The notes under the pieces were generated by a model, which saw only the letters and a list, made by a program, of their open reading frames with translations, had not been told where the DNA came from and did no database searches. The position numbers and the translations under genes were made by a program. Below, piece after piece: positions 51,547 through 62,041 of a stretch of DNA of 64,000 nt. Location of the stretch: contig JAOZUK010000004.1 in assembly GCA_029938715.1 (NCBI GenBank), forward strand, positions 6,465-70,464, read 5' to 3'. This stretch comes from Bacteroidales bacterium. Its GTDB lineage: Bacteria > Bacteroidota > Bacteroidia > Bacteroidales > GCA-2748055. Every line of letters begins with the position of its first letter. Position 1 is the stretch's first letter.

Positions 51547-53502
51547 ATGAAGAAGAGTATATTCTCAATTGCCCTGATAACAGGAGTAGTGTTTGGACTT
51601 TATGCCCAGGAATCTCCGGTACTTTTAACTGTGGGAGGTGACCCGGTTACCGTGGATGAATTTGAAAGGATCTATAAAAAGAATAATAATGAAGCTTCTC
51701 TTAACAAGCAGACGCCAGAGGAGTATCTGGAACTTTTCATTAATTTTAAGCTGAAAGTAAAGGAAGCTGAGGCTCTGGGAATGGATACCACAACGAAATT
51801 CATCAACGAGCTTGAGGGATACAGGGTGCAATTGGCCAAGCCCTATTTAACTGATGAAGAGGCCAAGCAGGAGATGATGAAAGAGGCCTATGAAAGAGCC
51901 CAGCTGGATGTAAAGGCCCATCACATATTAATTAAACTGGGCAGCAGTCCTACACCTGAGGATACGCTTCAGGCCTATGAAAAGGCTTCAGAGATCAGGG
52001 CACGTATTTTGAATGGAGAGGATTTCGAAACCGTGGCCCGGGCTACATCCGACGATGCTTCGGTACAGCGAAATGGAGGCGACCTTGGATACTTCACCGC
52101 TTTCTCAATGATCTATGCTTTCGAGACCATGGCATATACCTCGCCGATTGGGGAGATAAGCATGCCCTTCAGAACCAACTACGGATACCATGTTTTAAAG
52201 GTGGATGAAAGAAGGCCTGCGCGGGGACAGGTAAAAGTGGCACATATTTTTGTGCGGACTCCGGAGGAGATGGATGAGTCGCAAAAAGAGCAGGCTTATG
52301 AAAAGGTACAGACCGTCTATGACAGCATCCAGTCAGGTGTGGATTTCAGGCAACTGGCAATGAACAATTCGGAGGATCCGGGATCGGCAAAGAACGGCGG
52401 GGAGATTCCCTGGTTCGGCACCGGCCGCATGATACCCGAGTTTGAGAATGTATGCTTCTCTATTGAACAGACCGGAGAATACAGCAAGCCTTTTAAGTCC
52501 TCCTACGGATGGCACATTGTGAAGCTTATGGATAAAAAGGGCGTTGGTACTTACGAGGAGATGGAGGCCACATTACAGGAAAAGATCAACAGGGCGGACC
52601 GTGGGAAACACAGGTCCGACCGTTACATTGCAAAACTTAAGAATGAGTATGGATACTCTGAGAATTCAGAGTCCCTGGAACCTATCTATGCAGCAATTGA
52701 TACTTCTCTCCTCCTTGGAATGTGGGAAGCCGGTGAACTGGAGTATCTGACCACTCTCCTGCTGAAGATTGGCGAGAAGGAGATCACCACTGGAGAATTT
52801 GTTGATTACATTGTAGTTACACAGAACCGGGGAAAGTCGAGGAACCCAAAATCCTATGTAGATGTCCTCTTTAAAGATTTCTCCAATGATCAGGTGATTA
52901 AATATGAAGAGTCCAGGTTATCTGTGAAATATCCCGAATTCAGATATATCTATGAAGAGTACCACGATGGAATCCTCCTGTTTGATATTATGGATCAGCA
53001 GGTATGGTCTATGGCTGTATCAGACACACTTGGACTGGAAGCATTTCATGAAGCTCATAAGAACGACTACATGTGGCAGGCCCGGACCGATGCATTCCTG
53101 GTCACATTTAATGAAGGAACAGATGTAGCCGGTGTCAAAAAAGCCTCAAAGAAAATTGCTAAAGGCAAGTTAGATGAGGAAGCGCTGAATGCCCGCTACT
53201 GCAGCAACGACACCATTCCCTGTATAACCCTAACCAGGATGCTGGTAGAAAAAGATGAGAATGAAATGGTGGATGCTCAGAATGGAGTCGTGGGACCAGG
53301 GCCAGTGATTGAGGGTGATGAATCAAACAGTTTCGTGATTATTAAGGAAGTGAGGTCGCCCGAACCAAAAAAACTGGATGAATCCCGGGGCCAGATTACA
53401 TCTGACTATCAAACCTTTCTTGAAGAGGATTGGATAAACCAATTAAAAGAGAAATATCCTGTGGAGGTGAACAAAGACCTGCTATCCAGGATTGAAAACT
53501 AA
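51547..53502 (+). CDS. periplasmic parvulin-type peptidylprolyl isomerase (two PpiC domains)
   Basis: Signal peptide. Two rotamase modules: VKAHHILIK...GGDLGYF...YGYHVLK and VKVAHIFVR...GGEIPWF...YGWHIVK. Confidence 0.85.
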   Translation: MKKSIFSIALITGVVFGLYAQESPVLLTVGGDPVTVDEFERIYKKNNNEASLNKQTPEEYLELFINFKLKVKEAEALGMDTTTKFINELEGYRVQLAKPYLTDEEAKQEMMKEAYERAQLDVKAHHILIKLGSSPTPEDTLQAYEKASEIRARILNGEDFETVARATSDDASVQRNGGDLGYFTAFSMIYAFETMAYTSPIGEISMPFRTNYGYHVLKVDERRPARGQVKVAHIFVRTPEEMDESQKEQAYEKVQTVYDSIQSGVDFRQLAMNNSEDPGSAKNGGEIPWFGTGRMIPEFENVCFSIEQTGEYSKPFKSSYGWHIVKLMDKKGVGTYEEMEATLQEKINRADRGKHRSDRYIAKLKNEYGYSENSESLEPIYAAIDTSLLLGMWEAGELEYLTTLLLKIGEKEITTGEFVDYIVVTQNRGKSRNPKSYVDVLFKDFSNDQVIKYEESRLSVKYPEFRYIYEEYHDGILLFDIMDQQVWSMAVSDTLGLEAFHEAHKNDYMWQARTDAFLVTFNEGTDVAGVKKASKKIAKGKLDEEALNARYCSNDTIPCITLTRMLVEKDENEMVDAQNGVVGPGPVIEGDESNSFVIIKEVRSPEPKKLDESRGQITSDYQTFLEEDWINQLKEKYPVEVNKDLLSRIEN

Positions 53503-53504
53503 AA

Positions 53505-54356
53505 ATGCACAGAACTCTGCTGCTCATAGCGGCCATTGTGTTACTGGCCAACGGGTGTTCCCTGTTCCACAGTAACAACCAGGAAAAACCGGTTGCCAGG
53601 GTTTTTGAGGAATACCTCTATCCTTCCGATCTTTCAGAGGCCATACCTCAGGGCACTTCTGGTCAGGACAGCCTGATCATCGTCAAAAGATTTGTGGAGA
53701 CCTGGGTAAAGGACCAGTTAATGTTAAACAAGGCAGAGCAAGCCCTCAATGACGAGCAGGTGGATTTTGAAAAGCAGATCGAACAGTACCGCCTTTCTCT
53801 TATGATCTTCTCCTATCGGCAGAAACTGCTTCAACAAAAACTGGACACCCTGGTTCCGGAGGAGGAGATTCAGACCTACTATGATGAGAATATCAATAAT
53901 TTTATGCTGAATCAGGATGTGATTAAAGGAACTTATATAAAGATTCCACTCACAGCACCCAGGGTGGATGAGCTTCGGCGATGGTCGTGGAACAGCAGGC
54001 AGGAAGATCTGGATAAGATGGAGAAATATTGTTTAAACTACGCGGACAAATACAGCGATTTTAACGATACCTGGGTATATTTCACATCCATCAAAGTACA
54101 ACTTCCCATGAAGATATCTCAACCCTCCAGATATCTCAGGTACAACAAAAATATCGAAACAACGGATTCCCAGTACAGATATTTTTTGCATGTGACCGAC
54201 CATGTAACCGAAGGAGAGGCTGCTCCCATTGAGTTGGTCTCCGACGATATTATTAGCATCATTTTGAATAAACGGAAGATGGAGTTCATTCAGGATCTGG
54301 AGCAAAGGGTTTACAATGATGGTGTAAATAGGAATCAGTTTGAAATTTACCAATAA
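53505..54356 (+). CDS. hypothetical lipoprotein (SurA-N-like chaperone neighbourhood)
   Basis: Lipobox LLANGC. No catalytic rotamase motif seen. Starts 2 nt after the upstream stop. Confidence 0.6.
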   Translation: MHRTLLLIAAIVLLANGCSLFHSNNQEKPVARVFEEYLYPSDLSEAIPQGTSGQDSLIIVKRFVETWVKDQLMLNKAEQALNDEQVDFEKQIEQYRLSLMIFSYRQKLLQQKLDTLVPEEEIQTYYDENINNFMLNQDVIKGTYIKIPLTAPRVDELRRWSWNSRQEDLDKMEKYCLNYADKYSDFNDTWVYFTSIKVQLPMKISQPSRYLRYNKNIETTDSQYRYFLHVTDHVTEGEAAPIELVSDDIISIILNKRKMEFIQDLEQRVYNDGVNRNQFEIYQ

Positions 54357-54360
54357 TGAA

Positions 54361-55704
54361 ATGAAAAAAAATATCATATATATTATTTTAGGTGCAATGC
54401 TTTCCATACAGGCAGTGGCCCAACCCATTGTTATTGATAGGGTTATTGGTGTTGTGGGCGATTTTCATATACTACAGAGTGACATTGAACAGCAATACCT
54501 GCAGCAGAAAATGTCGGGTATGTATATGTCATCGGATGCACGGTGCCTGATCTATAACCATTTCATCGAGCAGAAACTGCTGATGGCACAGGCCAAGATT
54601 GATAGTGTTGAAGTGGGCCCTGATATGGTAGAGATGCAGATGGAATCACGACTTGACTATTTTATCGGGCAATTTGGAGATGAAGCAGAAATGGAAGCTT
54701 ATTTCAATAAGTCCATATTCGATATTAAAGATGACCTGAGAGAAGCCATCAAAGAGCAGATGATAACGGATGAAGTCAGGTCTACCATAGTAATCGATGT
54801 TACCACCACTCCTTCCGACGTGAAGGCATACTACCGCTCGCTGGAAGAGGATAGCATTCCCTACATCAATACACAGGTTGCGCTGTCACAAATTATCGCG
54901 TATCCAAAATTCAGTGAGAAAGCCATATTTGATGTGAAAGAACGTTTGCTGGAACTGAGGAAACGTGTGCAGGAGGGAGAGGATTTCGGAACACTAGCCA
55001 TCCTTTATTCAGAAGATCCCGGTACTGCCTCCCGAAGGGGAGAGCTGGGATTCATGATGCCCAGCAACCTGGATAAGGCCTATTCAAAAGCAGCATGGTC
55101 ACTTAAACCCGGACAGATCTCAAAGATCGTGGAGAGCTCATTTGGGTTTCACCTGATACAGATGATTGAGAGGCGCGGCGACAGGGCCAATACCAGGCAC
55201 ATTTTGATGAATCCCAAAGCTGATGCAAATGCAAAGCAGAGTGCCATTCATAAACTGGACAGCCTGAAAATCCAGATCGAGGCCGATTCGGTTGCATTTG
55301 CGCTAACCGCAAAAAGATATTCTGAAGACAGTAAAACCAGTGTAAATGGCGGTCTTCTGGTGAACCCTCAGACCATGTCAGCCAAATTTGAACTGGATCA
55401 ACTTGATACCAAGGACTACTATATGATCCGTAACATGGAAGTGGGAGATCTCACCGCCACCTACGAGTCGACCGACCATAGTGGCAAAGTCTGCTACAAA
55501 CTTATTCAACTCAAATCCAGGATAGAGCCTCACCGGGCTAATCTGAAACAGGATTATGTACTCCTTGAGGAAATGGCACTGAGTTATAAGACCAACCAGG
55601 TGATCAAGGAGTGGTATGATGATAAGAAAAAGACCACCTACATCAGGTTGGATCCCTCCTTTAAAGATTGCGGATTCAACGTGCAGCAGACCACCCAGAG
55701 ATGA
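54361..55704 (+). CDS. surA: SurA-like periplasmic chaperone / peptidylprolyl isomerase
   Basis: Signal peptide MKKNIIYIILGAMLSIQAVAQ, an N-terminal SurA-like domain, and a parvulin module (GELGFM...FGFHLIQ). Confidence 0.8.
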   Translation: MKKNIIYIILGAMLSIQAVAQPIVIDRVIGVVGDFHILQSDIEQQYLQQKMSGMYMSSDARCLIYNHFIEQKLLMAQAKIDSVEVGPDMVEMQMESRLDYFIGQFGDEAEMEAYFNKSIFDIKDDLREAIKEQMITDEVRSTIVIDVTTTPSDVKAYYRSLEEDSIPYINTQVALSQIIAYPKFSEKAIFDVKERLLELRKRVQEGEDFGTLAILYSEDPGTASRRGELGFMMPSNLDKAYSKAAWSLKPGQISKIVESSFGFHLIQMIERRGDRANTRHILMNPKADANAKQSAIHKLDSLKIQIEADSVAFALTAKRYSEDSKTSVNGGLLVNPQTMSAKFELDQLDTKDYYMIRNMEVGDLTATYESTDHSGKVCYKLIQLKSRIEPHRANLKQDYVLLEEMALSYKTNQVIKEWYDDKKKTTYIRLDPSFKDCGFNVQQTTQR

Positions 55705-57236
55705 TACCCTCCCTCCGGCATAAGCAACTCTTGCAAAAAAGCCTGCTTATGCTTTGTATGGGAATCTCTTCCCAGCTTCTGATGGGGCAGAAGTCCTCCT
55801 TTATAGAGATAATTAACGCAGATCTCACTGCCTACGATGTGAAGATAGGCAAGGATGCCACCAAACTCATTGGAGATGTCAGACTCATTCACGACGACGT
55901 GGTAATGTCCTGCGATTCGGCCTACTACTACAAGATCACAAAATCAGTGGATGCTTTTAGCAATGTGAAAATTCAGCAGGGTGATACCCTGACCCTCACC
56001 AGCGACCTGGCTTACTACGACGGGATAAACAAGATGGCCCGGGTAAGGAACAACGTGAAACTGGTTAACAAAGACATCTCCCTGGTTACCGATTCGATCA
56101 ATTACAACAGGGCCCTTGGCATCCTCGACTACCTGGGTGGAGGAATTCTGACCAAAGAGGATAACCGACTCACCAGTGAGCGGGGACGATTTATTATGGA
56201 TTCCGAGATTTTCTATTTTATGGATAGTGTGGTAATTATCAATCCGGAATACACCATCAAAACTGATAGCCTGAAATATGATACCCAGACCGAAGTGAGC
56301 TACTTCTTTGGACCCACCGAGATATTCAACGAAGAGCGATACATCTATTGTGAAGAGGGCTGGTACGATACCCGGCAGGATATCTCCCATGTGACTCATC
56401 ATGCTTACCTGAAAGAGGGAGGGAGGATCCTGAAGGGAGATACCCTCCATTATGAAGCCAACGAAGGATATGGCTGGGCCAAAAACAATGTGGAATTGAT
56501 CGACACCTCAGAGAACATGATCCTGAAGGGAAATTATGGGGTCTACCAAAGCAGCTCAGAAACAGCTACAGTAACCGACAGCGCCCTGATGATTCAGGTG
56601 GATGGTGTGGATACCATGTATGTACATGCCGATACCCTTCGAACCATGCAGAATCCTGAGCTGGAAGAACAGAGTCGCATTCTAAAGGCCTACAATAAGG
56701 TAAAGATTTTCAGGGAGGATCTGCAGGTGATGTGCGATTCCCTGGTCTATGTGGAAGCCGATAGCGCTTTTAACTTCTATGGAGAACCTGTCCTGTGGTC
56801 GGATGAAAATCAGCTTACTGCCGATCACATAAAGGTGGTTATGGTAGACCAGCAACTGGATAAGATGTTCCTTACAGGAGTTGCATTCGTGGCCTCGCAA
56901 AAGGATGAAGAGAGCTTCGATCAGATGAGAGGTAAGGAGATGACCGCCTACTTCGTGGATAGTAAATTGAGCAAGATACTGGTGACAGGCAATGGTCAGA
57001 CCATCTATTATGCTACAGATGAGGATGTGGTTGTCGGTGCCAACAAAACAGCCTGTTCTGATCTGATCATCTATCTGAAGGATAGTAAGATCTCAAAGGT
57101 GAACTACATGACCCAACCCGATGGCACGTACTACCCGTTAAGCATGTTTCCGACCGAAGAGTCCCGCTTAAGTGATTTTAAGTGGGTGGCGCAATGGCGA
57201 CCCCTGAAGTGGCAGGATGTATATATCTGGAAATAA
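55701..57236 (+). CDS. OstA-like (LptD N-terminal-like) beta-jellyroll repeat protein
   Basis: The ATG overlaps the surA stop (ATGA). It has repeated OstA-like segments (GDVRLIHDDVVMSCDSAYY..., NNVKLVNKD...). This position after surA is typical in Bacteroidota. Confidence 0.65.
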   Translation: MIPSLRHKQLLQKSLLMLCMGISSQLLMGQKSSFIEIINADLTAYDVKIGKDATKLIGDVRLIHDDVVMSCDSAYYYKITKSVDAFSNVKIQQGDTLTLTSDLAYYDGINKMARVRNNVKLVNKDISLVTDSINYNRALGILDYLGGGILTKEDNRLTSERGRFIMDSEIFYFMDSVVIINPEYTIKTDSLKYDTQTEVSYFFGPTEIFNEERYIYCEEGWYDTRQDISHVTHHAYLKEGGRILKGDTLHYEANEGYGWAKNNVELIDTSENMILKGNYGVYQSSSETATVTDSALMIQVDGVDTMYVHADTLRTMQNPELEEQSRILKAYNKVKIFREDLQVMCDSLVYVEADSAFNFYGEPVLWSDENQLTADHIKVVMVDQQLDKMFLTGVAFVASQKDEESFDQMRGKEMTAYFVDSKLSKILVTGNGQTIYYATDEDVVVGANKTACSDLIIYLKDSKISKVNYMTQPDGTYYPLSMFPTEESRLSDFKWVAQWRPLKWQDVYIWK

Positions 57237-57263
57237 AAAAAGGATGCCTCTTCTAAACATCCT
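57235..57263 (-). terminator. rho-independent terminator after the DUF2795 gene
   Basis: AGGATG-N11-CATCCT stem followed by T7 on the minus strand. It overlaps the stop of the convergent OstA-like gene. Confidence 0.6.
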
Positions 57264-57290
57264 CACAGTTAATGTTTTAACCCCTTTCTC

Positions 57291-57512
57291 TCAATATTCG
57301 TCTTCATTGAAGAAAAAGTCATCCTTACTGGGATAATCAGGCCAAATATCGTCGATACTCTCATAGACATCGCCTTCATCCTCAATTTCCTGCAAATTTT
57401 CAATTACTTCCATAGGTGCACCAGATCTGATTGCAAAATCAATCAACTCTTCCTTGGTGGCAGGCCACGGGGCATCTTCAAGTTTAGAGGCTAATTCCAG
57501 GGTCCAATACAT
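57291..57512 (-). CDS. DUF2795 domain protein (73 aa)
   Basis: MYWTLELASKLEDAPWPATKEELIDFAIRSGAPMEVIENLQEIEDE. The track start at 57557 is the TTG of the -7 box, so ATG 57512 was used. Confidence 0.8.
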   Translation of the reverse strand: MYWTLELASKLEDAPWPATKEELIDFAIRSGAPMEVIENLQEIEDEGDVYESIDDIWPDYPSKDDFFFNEDEY

Positions 57513-57554
57513 CGACGTATTAATTAGTTTGTAAAAAGGCGATTTAAAATGCGG

Positions 57555-57562
57555 CAAATTTA
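57555..57562 (-). promoter_or_regulatory. -7 promoter box TAAATTTG for the DUF2795 gene
   Basis: Perfect TAnnTTTG 43 nt upstream of ATG 57512. Confidence 0.5.
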
Positions 57563-57575
57563 AAAAAAAAATCGA

Positions 57576-58136
57576 TTACTGCAACCCTCTTTTCCAAGGC
57601 TTCTGTTTTATCCCCCTGATAGAGGCGATTTTTCTTGAAATCACAAAAAAATAATCCGACAAACGGTTATAAAATTGAATAATGGCATCGTCAATCTGAT
57701 GATCCTGCTGCAACCTGAGTATAATTCTCTCCGTGCGGCGACAGACGGTCCTGGCAATGTGAGCCTGGGAGATGGCCGGATGGCCGCCCGGTAAAACAAA
57801 GGAAACCAGAGGTTCCAGAGATGCATCCATTTCATCAATCCGGCTTTCAATAAAATCAACCTGCTCCTTTCCCACCACAGGCAGTCCAGCAGGCATTACA
57901 TCAAAATCAGCAGCAAGCATAGAGGCTGTAACCATTTGTATATCAAGAATTATAAGGAGGTCTTCCTTTAATCGTTCATCCTCTAACAGGTCGCGTAACA
58001 TGGAAGTGTGCGCCATAAGTTCATCCACCGAACCATATGCTTCGATCCTGGGATGCGACTTGGGAACCCTTCTCCCCCCTATAAGGGATGTCTCACCCCT
58101 GTCACCACTCTTTGTATAAATGCCAGATTTTTTCAA
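57576..58136 (-). CDS. PduO-type ATP:cob(I)alamin adenosyltransferase
   Basis: IYTKSGDRGETSL...RIEAYGSVDEL N-terminal signature. Confidence 0.9.
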   Translation of the reverse strand: MKKSGIYTKSGDRGETSLIGGRRVPKSHPRIEAYGSVDELMAHTSMLRDLLEDERLKEDLLIILDIQMVTASMLAADFDVMPAGLPVVGKEQVDFIESRIDEMDASLEPLVSFVLPGGHPAISQAHIARTVCRRTERIILRLQQDHQIDDAIIQFYNRLSDYFFVISRKIASIRGIKQKPWKRGLQ

Positions 58137-58167
58137 GATATGCTATTTCCTCCGGGGAACTCTTTTT

Positions 58168-58866
58168 CTACATTTGTGGATTTTCATTGATCTCAATCCT
58201 ATCAACCTCACCATCAAGGAGACTAATGATCCGGTGGGCATACCTGGAAATAGCCTCTTCATGTGTTACAAGAATAATGGTATTCCCTTTTGAATGGATA
58301 TCTCCAAAAAGCTTCATGATATCCACCGATGTCTTGGAATCCAGGTTTCCTGTTGGCTCATCGGCAAGAATAATGGAAGGAGTATTTACCAGTGCCCTGG
58401 CCACAGCCACCCTCTGCCTTTGTCCGCCCGATAATTCATTGGGTCGGTGATCCATGCGATCGCCAAGCCCAACCTCTTCAAGGGTCTTCTTTGCTTTTTC
58501 TACCCTTTCTGTCTTCCCTATTCCCGCATAGATCAGGGGAAGGGTCACATTTTCAAGTGCTGTATAACGGGGAAGAAGGTTGAATGTCTGAAATATAAAA
58601 CCAATTTCCTGGTTGCGAATCTCGGCCAACCGGTTGTCATCCATCTTGCTTACATCTGTCCCGTTTAAAATATACTCACCACTTGTGGGTGTATCCAGTG
58701 CACCCACCAAGTTCATCAGTGTAGATTTACCCGACCCGGAGGGACCCATAATAGCCACATATTCATTCCGTTTGATCTCCAGATCCACGGAACGGAGAGC
58801 TTCAACGACAATAGTACCAATGTAGTAGTTCTTAACGATTTTATTCAGATTGATAATTGTTTCCAT
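58168..58866 (-). CDS. ABC transporter ATP-binding protein (MacB/LolD-like)
   Basis: Walker [10 protein letters not shown], signature [15 protein letters not shown] and Walker [13 protein letters not shown]. The start was moved to ATG 58866 (METIINL). Confidence 0.92.
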   Translation of the reverse strand: METIINLNKIVKNYYIGTIVVEALRSVDLEIKRNEYVAIMGPSGSGKSTLMNLVGALDTPTSGEYILNGTDVSKMDDNRLAEIRNQEIGFIFQTFNLLPRYTALENVTLPLIYAGIGKTERVEKAKKTLEEVGLGDRMDHRPNELSGGQRQRVAVARALVNTPSIILADEPTGNLDSKTSVDIMKLFGDIHSKGNTIILVTHEEAISRYAHRIISLLDGEVDRIEINENPQM

Positions 58867-58924
58867 TTTTATCGAATTGTAGACGAAAGTAAGCAATAAA
58901 GAGTATATATAATCTAAAAAATAT

Positions 58925-59764
58925 TTAAATCTTAATTTTCAAATGGGTTTTCTGCAGGTCCCTCCTAAGCAGCAGGATTCCCATATGAAACAGGTCTATA
59001 CTGACCCGTACCCCGGGCCAGGAGATCACCTCTTTCCATGCCCGGTACATCCCCTTCGACCAGTAGATATCATCCATAATTATCACCGCCTCCTCACCCG
59101 CCGAGTTGATTAAGAGCCGCAGGTACCGAAGGGTGGGTTCATACCTGTGATTGGCATCCACAAATGCAAGGAAACGGCCCGGCAACTTCCCGGCCAGCTC
59201 CTCCACCATCCGATCCACATCTCCGCAATGTACTTTGACCCCATTTAATCCAAATCGTTTAAACAGTTGTCGGGAAAAATCTGCTCTTACAGGATCTCCT
59301 TCTATAGTATGGACCTGGAACGAGTCCGGTTCCCGGTCTGATGTTTCTCCCACTCCCCCTGCCAGGTAAAGTGTGCTCACACCCAGTCCGGTTCCAAGTT
59401 CCAGTATCATGTCTGGATTCAGCCAATGAGCTGTCCTGAACAACAGGGCCCCCTGGTCCAGGCTCACTGAAGAGCTCCTCACAAAAGATTGAATGGTTCT
59501 GGTCTCTTTAGAATCGACTTTTGATCCTGCTCCCCTGGGATTATTACCTCCAGTGGGATTATTACCTCCAGCTGCAGGAATTATGCCCCTCTCTTTTCTG
59601 AGTTCCCTGTGGGCACTCAGAATCGGTGCCGGAATATCCACTCCACCTCCATTAAAAACCACCTGATTTACAAATTCGAAGAGATAGGGAGAGTGGATCC
59701 CATGACCTTCCCTGTGCTTCCTGTAGAACAGGTGTTGGATGTATTTGCAGATTCTCCAGCCCAT
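58925..59764 (-). CDS. class I SAM-dependent methyltransferase
   Basis: [19 protein letters not shown]-binding motif. It carries an inserted [12 protein letters not shown] segment. Confidence 0.8.
   Translation of the reverse strand: MGWRICKYIQHLFYRKHREGHGIHSPYLFEFVNQVVFNGGGVDIPAPILSAHRELRKERGIIPAAGGNNPTGGNNPRGAGSKVDSKETRTIQSFVRSSSVSLDQGALLFRTAHWLNPDMILELGTGLGVSTLYLAGGVGETSDREPDSFQVHTIEGDPVRADFSRQLFKRFGLNGVKVHCGDVDRMVEELAGKLPGRFLAFVDANHRYEPTLRYLRLLINSAGEEAVIIMDDIYWSKGMYRAWKEVISWPGVRVSIDLFHMGILLLRRDLQKTHLKIKI
59537..59572. repeat. 18-bp tandem duplication (gggattattacctccagt / gggattattacctccagc) inside the methyltransferase gene
   Basis: 17/18 identical adjacent copies. On the minus strand they encode [12 protein letters not shown]. 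Confidence 0.9.
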
Positions 59765-59861
59765 TTATCCCGCTTTGACGCTTCCCGCAGCTTGCTAAAG
59801 CAAAGCTATTGCGCTCGCGTAATTCATGCAAAATGCTAATTTTACATAAATTGCTCCAGCC

Positions 59862-61964
59862 ATGCAACAATATTTACAGCAGGATATTCAATTTCTTCCC
59901 GGGGTTGGGCCTAAACGGGCCGACCTGTTGAGGCAGGAGCTACAGATCAATACATTCGAAGATCTGCTCACCTACTATCCTTTCAGGTATGTGGACAGGA
60001 GCAGGTTCTACCGGATATCCGAGATAACCTCTGACATGCCTCAAATACAGATTCGGGGTAAAATAGTGGGATATGCTGCTGTGGGTAAGGGAAGGGGCAA
60101 AAGGCTGACGGCTGATTTTACAGATGGATCGGGCCAGATTCAACTGGTGTGGTTCAAAGGTGCAAAATGGATTCCCGAAAACTACCCGGTGGGAAAGGAG
60201 CTGGTTGTATTTGGTAAACCCACCGTTTATCAGCGAAAATTGAATGTGGTCCATCCCGAACTGGAAGATCCGGGAAAGAAACATGTAGTGAGCTCAAAGC
60301 TCCAGTCTGTATATTCCACCACCGAGAAACTGAAGGATAGGTACCTCACTTCCAAAGCCATCAGCAAATTGATGGCCAACCTGGTGAAGGGACTGCCTGC
60401 GAGATTTGAGGAAACCATGCCCGCCTGGCTCCTGCAAAAGCTCAACCTGGTCAACCTGGATACTGCCATGCGCCAGATCCACTTTCCCGATTCCTCAGGT
60501 CAGTATAAAAGAGCAGAACTCCGATTGAAGTTCGAAGAGCTTTTCTACATCCAGCTGAATATCCTTCAAAATAAAACCGACCGAAACAGACGCTTCAAAG
60601 GGAATGTATTTGAAACGGTGGGTGATAGCTTCAATACCTTTTATAGAGATCATCTTCCCTTTGAACTCACCGGGGCGCAAAAAAAGGTAATGAAGGAGAT
60701 CCGACGGGATATGGGTTCGGGCCGACAGATGAACCGGCTGTTGCAGGGGGATGTGGGAAGTGGAAAAACGCTGGTGGCTTTGATGTCTATGCTGATTGCC
60801 ATCGATAACGGGTTCCAGGCATGCATCATGGCGCCTACGGAGATTCTGGCTCAGCAGCACTTTAAGAGCGTCAGCAAATTCCTCCATGGAATGGATATCC
60901 GGGTGGAACTTCTTACCGGATCCGTGAAAAAAACAGTGCGAAAACCCATTCATGAGGCTCTTCTGGATGGATCACTGCATATACTCATTGGAACCCATGC
61001 CCTGATCGAGGATGTTGTCCAGTTCAAGAACCTGGGATTTGTGGTCATTGATGAGCAGCATCGGTTCGGAGTGGCACAGCGTGCAAGGCTATGGAAGAAA
61101 GCGGATGTACTGCCCCATGTGCTGGTGATGACTGCCACACCGATCCCACGTACCCTGGCCATGACCCTTTATGGAGACCTGGATGTATCTGTCATCGATG
61201 AGCTCCCTCCGGGACGTAAGCCCATCATTACCCGTCACTCTTTCGATTCCAAAAGACTAATGGTATTCGGCTTTCTGAAAAAACAGCTGGCAGCCGGACG
61301 ACAGGCCTATATCGTATACCCTCTGATTAAAGAGTCCGAGTTCATGGATTACAAGGATCTGGAAGATGGTTATGAAAGTATATGCAGGGCATTTCCTCCA
61401 CCCGATTACCAGGTAAGTGTGGTGCATGGTAAGATGAAACCCGAAGAGAAAGAGATCTCCATGCAGCATTTTGTGGCGGGCCGCACCCACATCATGGTAG
61501 CGACCACCGTTATCGAAGTGGGTGTAGATGTGCCCAATGCCTCGGTAATGATCATCGAAAGTGCCGAAAGGTTCGGATTGTCGCAGCTGCACCAACTCAG
61601 GGGGCGGGTGGGCCGTGGAACCGAACAATCACATTGTATACTGATGTCGGGGTATAAACTGTCACAAGAGGGAAAACTGCGCCTCGATACCATGGTACGT
61701 ACCAATGATGGATTCGAAATTGCCGAGGTGGATCTGAAGCTGCGCGGACCCGGCAATATTGAAGGTACACAACAGAGCGGGGTGCCTTTCAACCTGAAGA
61801 TTGCTCATCTGGGTAGAGATGGACAGATCCTTCAGCTGGCCCGCGACACTGCCGAGCTGATCATCACCGAAGATCCCGATCTGAAGCTTGAAAAGAACTT
61901 CATCTTCGCCAAACATGTGAAAAAAGGGAATCCAAATCGCATCGACTGGGGGATTATCAGCTGA
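59862..61964 (+). CDS. recG: ATP-dependent DNA helicase RecG
   Basis: Wedge domain, then helicase motifs GDVGSGKT, DEQHRFGV, TATPIPRT and QLRGRVGRG. Confidence 0.96.
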   Translation: MQQYLQQDIQFLPGVGPKRADLLRQELQINTFEDLLTYYPFRYVDRSRFYRISEITSDMPQIQIRGKIVGYAAVGKGRGKRLTADFTDGSGQIQLVWFKGAKWIPENYPVGKELVVFGKPTVYQRKLNVVHPELEDPGKKHVVSSKLQSVYSTTEKLKDRYLTSKAISKLMANLVKGLPARFEETMPAWLLQKLNLVNLDTAMRQIHFPDSSGQYKRAELRLKFEELFYIQLNILQNKTDRNRRFKGNVFETVGDSFNTFYRDHLPFELTGAQKKVMKEIRRDMGSGRQMNRLLQGDVGSGKTLVALMSMLIAIDNGFQACIMAPTEILAQQHFKSVSKFLHGMDIRVELLTGSVKKTVRKPIHEALLDGSLHILIGTHALIEDVVQFKNLGFVVIDEQHRFGVAQRARLWKKADVLPHVLVMTATPIPRTLAMTLYGDLDVSVIDELPPGRKPIITRHSFDSKRLMVFGFLKKQLAAGRQAYIVYPLIKESEFMDYKDLEDGYESICRAFPPPDYQVSVVHGKMKPEEKEISMQHFVAGRTHIMVATTVIEVGVDVPNASVMIIESAERFGLSQLHQLRGRVGRGTEQSHCILMSGYKLSQEGKLRLDTMVRTNDGFEIAEVDLKLRGPGNIEGTQQSGVPFNLKIAHLGRDGQILQLARDTAELIITEDPDLKLEKNFIFAKHVKKGNPNRIDWGIIS

Positions 61965-61998
61965 CAAGAATAAAGTTTACATAAACTGTATATTACTC

Positions 61999-62012
61999 GT
62001 GTATTTATACAC
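61999..62012. promoter_or_regulatory. perfect palindrome GTGTAT-TT-ATACAC flanked by TGTATATT direct repeats; operator candidate
   Basis: The 6-2-6 palindrome lies 19 nt upstream of the -7 box. TGTATATT occurs at 61987-61994 and 62017-62024. Confidence 0.4.
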
Positions 62013-62030
62013 TTTTTGTATATTTTTTCA

Positions 62031-62038
62031 TACCTTTG
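62031..62038 (+). promoter_or_regulatory. -7 promoter box TACCTTTG, 3 nt before ATG 62042
   Basis: Perfect TAnnTTTG. Its terminal TTG is the start used by the ORF track. Confidence 0.5.
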
Positions 62039-62041
62039 GGT

